Below, one piece after another: positions 58,562 to 64,000 of a DNA stretch of 64,000 nucleotides (the stretch's first letter is position 1; each line of letters opens with the position of its first letter). The translations under genes and the position numbers were made by a program. The notes beneath the pieces are model-generated. The model ran no database searches, was not told the origin of the DNA, and saw only the letters and a program-made list of their open reading frames with translations. The stretch is from Eutreptiella sp. 'Long Island Sound 2002' (Eukaryota; Protista; Euglenida). The stretch spans positions 49,352,001 through 49,416,000 of the forward strand of contig OZ038379.1 of assembly GCA_964036045.1 (NCBI GenBank), given 5' to 3'.

Positions 58562-61500
58562 TGGGGAAGCTGCCCCATCCGGCCCATCCCTCCCGAGCCC
58601 CGGGGGGCCTTGGTGGTTCTCGGACCGTCGGACTTCCGGGATGGCGAGGACGTGGTCTGGCGCCTGGTGTGGGCAGCGTGGAGACGGATATGGAAGGAGG
58701 ATGAGATCACCTCCGTGGACGCCCTGCAGGCATCCTCCTGGGCAAAAAGCATCATGGGTACGTATTGTACCCACTTCCGCAAGATGGCCCTCTGGGTGGG
58801 CTACACGCCCACATCCGAGCTTGAACGAGCGGCGTGCCGCTACGTTTTCCAGTTATGGGGACTGGGGTACTCGGGAAGCTCCCTCAAGGTCGCAGTGTCG
58901 GCGTTCCGGGCGCTGGAGGACATGGGATGGCTACCCGCGTTCGTCAGTCGCCGGGTCTGGCGCTGTGCCAAGTGGGCGCCCACGGAGCCGGCCCTACGGC
59001 CCTACGCAGGTTTGGACGACCTCCGCAACTTCGCGCTGGCTTGCACGGAGCGACCGCAGTGGACCGTCTATGGGATGGCAGTCCTGGCATTCACCTGCCT
59101 CCTGCGGGTGGGTGAGGCCGCGCCCCTCCGTAGGGGGGGATCCCGGTGTCGGGGATTGGCGTTCCGCACGGTCAAGGTGGCGCCGCGCATCGTGCGCAGG
59201 CGACTCGGGAAGTATGCCCAAGAGTGGCTGGGCTGGCTCGATGCCACGGGGGCCACGTCTGCTGTCGTCGGAGCGCAATTCTGTCCGCAGGGACCAGCTT
59301 TCATGCAGTCGGTCATGGCTGCCGCGTTGGGGGGCAGCGACAACCCCCACGCCAGGTGGCACGCATGGAGGCGAGGGGGCTCCGCGGCCCTGCGATGGTT
59401 GGGGCTGCCCATCAAGTGGCTGGCTTGGTGGGGGCGGTGGCTTTCGGAGACGGTGGCAGTCCACTACGCCGACGCGCCCGACGACTTCGTCGTCACGACC
59501 GAGGCTGTCCTCCCCTGGCCCCCTGATAACCATGCAGGAGAGTTCGTTTGGCGCGCCGTGTCCCTCCGGGACGTTTTCCCGAAGGAGCTCCTGGAGCTCT
59601 GTGCCCCTGATGCCGATGAGCCCCCACAATGGGGAGGTGACGGGGATGGGTCGGCAGGAGGTCGGGGTGGATCGTGCCCTGGGGAGTCCGCGAGTCCTGC
59701 CGCTGCGGAAGCTGCTGGGAGGGAGGACCGGGCTGGCGCACGTGACCCGGGGGCCCCTCCGGCCCTTACGGCTGTTGAGGGGTCCTCAGGACGCGGGCGC
59801 CGGCCGCGGGGGGACGGGGGGGGGGAAGTCATTGATGTGGATGCAGACCCCCCACCTGCCTCCGCAGCAGGCTCCTCCATCAGGCGGCTGCGCATCGCGG
59901 CCCGCAGGACGGGTGAGGTCGCGTCCGTCTTGGGCAAGCGGAAGGCCGCGGGCCCGGCCAGGATTGTGGGTGCGGCTGCCCGAACGGCAATTTCCCGTCG
60001 CGTCGGAGCTGGGTCAGTGGGTGCGGGAGCGCCTTCGGACCGGTGAGTGGGACGCCTGGTTGTGCTCCCTGCGGGCTTGTCTGCCCCGCGCACCGCCTGG
60101 TTTACTGGAGCGTCGCCTGTTGCAGTTTCTGGAGTGGGGCAGTGAAGCTGCCCGTGATCTCAGACAGCCGGAGTTTCTGCGAGTCTTGGCTGTGGCTTTG
60201 TCCTCATTTAGCCCTGAGGTTTGGGAGTCGCTCTTGCATGATTCGACGTCGCCCAAATTGCTTATGCAGCGTATCAGGGAGGAGGTATTGGCGCGGGGTT
60301 TGGGGCCGGTGGGGCGTGTGGATATCCCCCGCGAGGTCTGGGATAGTTGTGTGCCGGACGGCTTCGCAGAATTGGTAGGCAGGCAGTTTATTGGGATAGT
60401 TCCCCCATCGGATGAGGCGGTGGTCATGATGAGGGCATTGCGGGACCAGGGTTTGCTTTTCCCCCTGCCGCCGGGGTCACCTGGGCCCAATGGGGGTGTT
60501 TTTGCGATACCCAAGACGGAGGAGAAGTGCAGTTTGATTGTCAATCTGGTGCCCCTTAATGAGGAGATGCGGTCTCGGCCGGAGAAGTTCTCCCTCCCCT
60601 CTGTGGAGGTGTTGGCCCTTTTGGCGCAGGTGGCACAGCAAGGGTCCTCCTTTTTCCTCCCCTCTTTTTATGCCCGAGCGCGTTGCATGAGGCCGGTGTG
60701 GGATATTCTGTCCCTGCCGGGGGGGGGGGGGGAAGAGCTGTGCATGTGCCACATCGACCTGAGTAATTGCTTTTGGTCACTTCAGCTGCCGCGCGAGTTC
60801 TGGGGGGCCTTTCGCGTCTCGGATGGAGAGGGGGGGGTGTTGGCTTTCCGGTGCTTGCCCTTTGGGTGGAAGTACAGCCCCCTCCTGTGCCAGCGAGTGT
60901 TAGAGGGTCTGGTGGCCGGCGCGGGGCTGTTGGGGGTGCTGGTTTTAATTTACTTGGATGATGTCCTGGTTGTGGGGCGCGGCCGCGCGCGTGTGCGAGA
61001 GCAGACGGCAAGGGCGGCGGAGGCGTTGCGCCGTGCAGGTGCTGTAGTCAGCCCAAAGAGTACGTTAGAGCCTGTGCAGCGGCTGGTGTGGCTGGGGAAG
61101 GATATTGATTTGCAGGGGGGGGAGGTGCGGACTGCTGGCAACGCGTGGGAAGCTCTGTTTGCGCATTGGTTGAGGTTGTCTGTGGGACCCTGTAGGGTAA
61201 AACGGCTGCAGCAGTTCTTGGGGCGGGCACAGTGGATATGTCGCCCGGGTTCTGGGCACAGTCCGCACCTGTCTGGTGTGTGGGCTCATGTGCTCTGGGC
61301 GCCCCCCCGGCTGCCGTTTACCCCAGTGCGTTTGCTTAAGTCTATGTGCGTGGCGTGCGTGCTTGCCAGGAGGCAATGGTCAGTGGTGTCCCTCCCCAGG
61401 GTGGTGAAGCGATCGCCGTTGGTTGTTTACGTCGACGCGGCGCTGGACGCGGGTGAATACCGGCTGGGCCTGTTTTCGATGGATGTGGGTTCTCGATCGG

Positions 61501-62033
61501 TTGTGCCCGCGGAGCAACCGCCCAACCAGCAGTGTGCGGAGGCTGCCGCGCTGCTCTGGGGCTTGAAGCTCATCCTCAATGTAGGCGTTCGGGAGGCCCA
61601 TTTGTTTGGGGATAATGCGGCGGCGCTAGTGCAGTTCCTTCGGTGTAAAGCCAAGGTGGGGCGTAAATTCCAGCAGTCCATTCTGAAGCGTTTCCGCTAC
61701 CTGTGGGCGTCGTGCCCAGGCTTCACGGTATATATGCACTGGGTGCGTGGTTCACATAATCCCGCTGATCCTATCAGTAGGTTGAGTGACAACTTCAATG
61801 GGGATCTGGGTTTGGCGCGCGAGGTGGCGGCGCGCAGGGTTGGGGATCTCTGGGCCTTTCCCGATAGGCGCACGGTTTTTTTGTGGACCCTGGGGGTGCC
61901 TATGGGGCCCTTTGTTCTGCCGCATTCGTGGAGAGCGGGCCTGTGGTCCCCGGGGGGTGGTGAAGGGGGGGCGGAGTTCCACGAGGTTTTTTTGCAGTAC
62001 CGCTTGGAGGAGTCGGTGGGTGCAATGACTTGA
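58554..62033 (+). CDS. Reverse transcriptase-RNase H ORF; its N-terminal ~495 codons overlap the YR in the +1 frame
   Basis: FAIPK, HIDLSNCFW, LPFGWKYSP, IYLDDV; RNase H VYVDAA, AEAAAL, FGDNA and NPADPISR. True start uncertain. Confidence 0.9.
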   Translation: MTDGEAAPSGPSLPSPGGPWWFSDRRTSGMARTWSGAWCGQRGDGYGRRMRSPPWTPCRHPPGQKASWVRIVPTSARWPSGWATRPHPSLNERRAATFSSYGDWGTREAPSRSQCRRSGRWRTWDGYPRSSVAGSGAVPSGRPRSRPYGPTQVWTTSATSRWLARSDRSGPSMGWQSWHSPASCGWVRPRPSVGGDPGVGDWRSARSRWRRASCAGDSGSMPKSGWAGSMPRGPRLLSSERNSVRRDQLSCSRSWLPRWGAATTPTPGGTHGGEGAPRPCDGWGCPSSGWLGGGGGFRRRWQSTTPTRPTTSSSRPRLSSPGPLITMQESSFGAPCPSGTFSRRSSWSSVPLMPMSPHNGEVTGMGRQEVGVDRALGSPRVLPLRKLLGGRTGLAHVTRGPLRPLRLLRGPQDAGAGRGGTGGGKSLMWMQTPHLPPQQAPPSGGCASRPAGRVRSRPSWASGRPRARPGLWVRLPERQFPVASELGQWVRERLRTGEWDAWLCSLRACLPRAPPGLLERRLLQFLEWGSEAARDLRQPEFLRVLAVALSSFSPEVWESLLHDSTSPKLLMQRIREEVLARGLGPVGRVDIPREVWDSCVPDGFAELVGRQFIGIVPPSDEAVVMMRALRDQGLLFPLPPGSPGPNGGVFAIPKTEEKCSLIVNLVPLNEEMRSRPEKFSLPSVEVLALLAQVAQQGSSFFLPSFYARARCMRPVWDILSLPGGGGEELCMCHIDLSNCFWSLQLPREFWGAFRVSDGEGGVLAFRCLPFGWKYSPLLCQRVLEGLVAGAGLLGVLVLIYLDDVLVVGRGRARVREQTARAAEALRRAGAVVSPKSTLEPVQRLVWLGKDIDLQGGEVRTAGNAWEALFAHWLRLSVGPCRVKRLQQFLGRAQWICRPGSGHSPHLSGVWAHVLWAPPRLPFTPVRLLKSMCVACVLARRQWSVVSLPRVVKRSPLVVYVDAALDAGEYRLGLFSMDVGSRSVVPAEQPPNQQCAEAAALLWGLKLILNVGVREAHLFGDNAAALVQFLRCKAKVGRKFQQSILKRFRYLWASCPGFTVYMHWVRGSHNPADPISRLSDNFNGDLGLAREVAARRVGDLWAFPDRRTVFLWTLGVPMGPFVLPHSWRAGLWSPGGGEGGAEFHEVFLQYRLEESVGAMT
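58610..60046 (+). CDS. Tyrosine recombinase
   Basis: LLRVGEA (R), RTVKVA (K), WHAWRRGG (HxxR), WWGRW (W) and VHYAD (Y). Confidence 0.9.
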   Translation: MVVLGPSDFRDGEDVVWRLVWAAWRRIWKEDEITSVDALQASSWAKSIMGTYCTHFRKMALWVGYTPTSELERAACRYVFQLWGLGYSGSSLKVAVSAFRALEDMGWLPAFVSRRVWRCAKWAPTEPALRPYAGLDDLRNFALACTERPQWTVYGMAVLAFTCLLRVGEAAPLRRGGSRCRGLAFRTVKVAPRIVRRRLGKYAQEWLGWLDATGATSAVVGAQFCPQGPAFMQSVMAAALGGSDNPHARWHAWRRGGSAALRWLGLPIKWLAWWGRWLSETVAVHYADAPDDFVVTTEAVLPWPPDNHAGEFVWRAVSLRDVFPKELLELCAPDADEPPQWGGDGDGSAGGRGGSCPGESASPAAAEAAGREDRAGARDPGAPPALTAVEGSSGRGRRPRGDGGGEVIDVDADPPPASAAGSSIRRLRIAARRTGEVASVLGKRKAAGPARIVGAAARTAISRRVGAGSVGAGAPSDR

Positions 62034-62089
62034 TGTCGTGTAGTGCCGGCGCCTGCTTGTAGAGCTCGTTTGTCTTGGTGCATGTGATC

Positions 62090-62605
62090 ATGACCCGGCG
62101 CCGCCGTAACCGCCGTGCGCGTAGCGGCGGGCGGAAGCGGGGCAAGAGCCGCTCGCGCAAGCGTTCGGAGGAGGCCGTTCAGCGGCGCGCGGCGCGGCGC
62201 CGCGCCGCGCTGCGGGAGAAGTTGGGAGCCTTGGTGGGCCGCAGGGCCTGTCACCGGGTGCTCCTCCGGAATGGGGTGCGGCTGTACGTCGCGTATGGCG
62301 TGCCAGAAGATCCCGGGGAGAGGGACGACTTCCTGGGTGCCGCGGCCATGGACATCGCCAAGCGGGTTCGGGGGCAGGCGACGCGGCGCACCACCGCGGT
62401 TGGGGACCCCGGGGTGAAGCCGGGGGGCAGACACACTTGCGGGGGGATGTGGGATGTGGTGACGGGGTCGAGGGGAGGTCAGAGGGTGGTGGTGTCGCTG
62501 ACGGACTGGAACGGGGGTCGTCGTACCCCCGTCCCGTATCTATGGGTGCAGGGGTCTTATCCCTTGGTGGTGAGAATAGCTGGCCACTTCAGGCCGTTGG
62601 TGTAG
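62090..62605 (+). CDS. Extra ORF4 with Arg-rich N-terminus, unknown function
   Basis: MTRRRRNRRARSGGRKRGKSRSRKRS... followed by a globular-looking region; 171 aa from ATG 62090; lies inside the element. Confidence 0.5.
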   Translation: MTRRRRNRRARSGGRKRGKSRSRKRSEEAVQRRAARRRAALREKLGALVGRRACHRVLLRNGVRLYVAYGVPEDPGERDDFLGAAAMDIAKRVRGQATRRTTAVGDPGVKPGGRHTCGGMWDVVTGSRGGQRVVVSLTDWNGGRRTPVPYLWVQGSYPLVVRIAGHFRPLV

Positions 62606-63448
62606 TCTGTTTTTTGGGTGGTCAGCCGGTCTCCGAGGGGCTGGGGTGGGAGTGTGCGCTCACCCTTTGCTTTGCGTTCTGTGTCAGGTCTCTGAGTGCC
62701 ACCCTGGGATGGCCGGGCTGCTTTGCGCCCGGGCATTGCTCGCGCATTTGTGGGCGTTTTTTGGCTTCCACGGCTGCGCCAATGTTCTGGTTGTTGTGTG
62801 TGGCTCGTATTCTCTCTGCGTTTTGGCAGGTCCAGTGTGCGCAGGCGGGAGCCCTCCGGGCGATTGTCTGTAGAGGCGGCCCTGCCCTGCGTGGATGTCG
62901 CGGGCGGGTTTTGTGGTTATGGGCCGGGCGTTGGTCCTTTGGCCTGCACCGCTGCCACTTTGTTGTGGGTCCGGGGTCCATGCTTTCTTAGGGTTGGAGC
63001 TGGGTTGGGCGCTGGCCCGCCTTTTTGAGATCTGCTGCGGATCTCAGGGGTGCTGCCCTGGGCTGACCGGGCAGCTCTGCGACAGGGCGGCAGTGCCTGA
63101 CGGTCGCTGTACATTTACCGCTTCCTCATTGGCGGCGGCAGGGGTCGTCCAAGCTCTCTTGGGCTTGGTCTGCGGACGCCTGAAGCCTGGCGGGTGGCGC
63201 CGGTGTGTGCGGGGCGCCTTTGGCGATTTATGTTTGGGGCGGCCGTATACTTCGAGGGTGTGGCGTGCGTTGCGCATGGGAGCCGCTGGGTCTCAGACCT
63301 GCGGGGGGGGGGGGGGGGGGGGGGGGGGGTTATGCGGCAGTTTGGCATGAACGAGACCCACGAGGAGGCGGCACACTGACGAGATGTGCCACAGGAGACG
63401 TGCGTGTTTTGCCTCGTGTTTGCGTGTTTGCTTGTGGTTTTAGCAAAA

Positions 63449-64000
63449 GTGTTTCTCATGCACCAGGCAGCGGATCCGTTCGTCAGCTTCTTGGGCCACC
63501 CGCTGGATATATGAGTGTGCCTTTGCCGACCATCCGAAGAACGACAGTTCCGCCGTCTGAACCATGCCCAGCTGAAAATATGGGAGGTTGTCTTTGGACG
63601 GTGTGAACCCAATTGTTGTCGCCCATGCATAGAAGGTCTCCACTTCCTTGTTGGGTTAGTTGTGAGGCTCTGCTGAAAAACCGGGACCAGTTGCCACCGT
63701 GGCACTTTGTTTACTTCCGGAATGAGTTCAACTGCTCCTACTACAACACGAAAATGATCCGGCGGGGAGTATTGACGTGGGGACAATTACAATCCTTGTA
63801 AGATGTGAGGTTGTTGCATGCTGTGCCTGGAACATGGAAAGGGGTATACAATCACGGCGGACGACTCCTAAACAAAGTCCCATCACAAGGGGGGTTTGAT
63901 ACCCCCACAGTCCACGCCCAAAATTGGACGAGGGCATGGCTGCTTCAATTATACGCCTCACAGCCGGGGGTCCGCGACCCACAAACACCGGAGGTATTGG
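63449..64000 (+). mobile_element. Resumption of the SL-capped LINE ORF2 after the YR insertion
   Basis: Aligns by eye to 9724-10280 (VETFYAWATTIG.TPSKDNLPY, PLWHSVYFRNEFN). Confidence 0.9.

Larger units (their letters stand above)
57335..63448 (+). mobile_element. Apparently intact 6.1-kb tyrosine-recombinase retrotransposon (VIPER/TATE-like gene order) inserted in the LINE without TSD
   Basis: LINE coding GLALPEPE|VFLMHQA is split between 57334 and 63449 (compare the uninterrupted GLALPRLGPFLMHQA at ~9700); all internal ORFs are open. Confidence 0.9.

Noticed and set aside
63359-63418. Hammerhead ribozyme (CTGACGA)
   Set aside because: The motif lies in a hairpin loop (GGCACA/TGTGCC) and there is no GAAA core.

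Overview
This is a GC-rich, repeat-saturated eukaryotic window with no clearly intact host gene. It is very probably euglenid: 8173-8198 matches, as I recall it, the 26-nt Euglena gracilis spliced leader (ACTTTCTGAGTGTCTATTTTTTTTCG), and a 24/26 copy lies at 53065-53090. Both copies sit at the 5' end of APE-type LINE elements rather than in SL-RNA genes. The window is a stack of nested mobile elements. (1) A 105-bp satellite is split by a 5.4-kb, CCC-ended, intron-containing DDE transposon (Transib/RAG1-like motifs, 2-bp TSD). (2) At least four L1/Tx1-like LINE copies are present; two show an RNase H domain and one has a 2A StopGo peptide in its 5' ORF. (3) A tRNA-headed SINE family has 4 copies. 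(4) Two tyrosine-recombinase retrotransposons have gag-YR-RT/RNaseH order; one looks intact and carries an extra Arg-rich ORF. (5) A second DDE transposase region has repeat-filled introns. (6) A degenerate UPF1-like helicase gene has its last exon inverted. (7) A decayed OTU + TET/JBP-like dioxygenase + Cys-finger locus is present. (8) A 92-nt element occurs three times with compensatory base-pair changes. Domain calls come from motif recognition by eye, not database searches. Frameshifts at long C/G runs may be sequencing errors.
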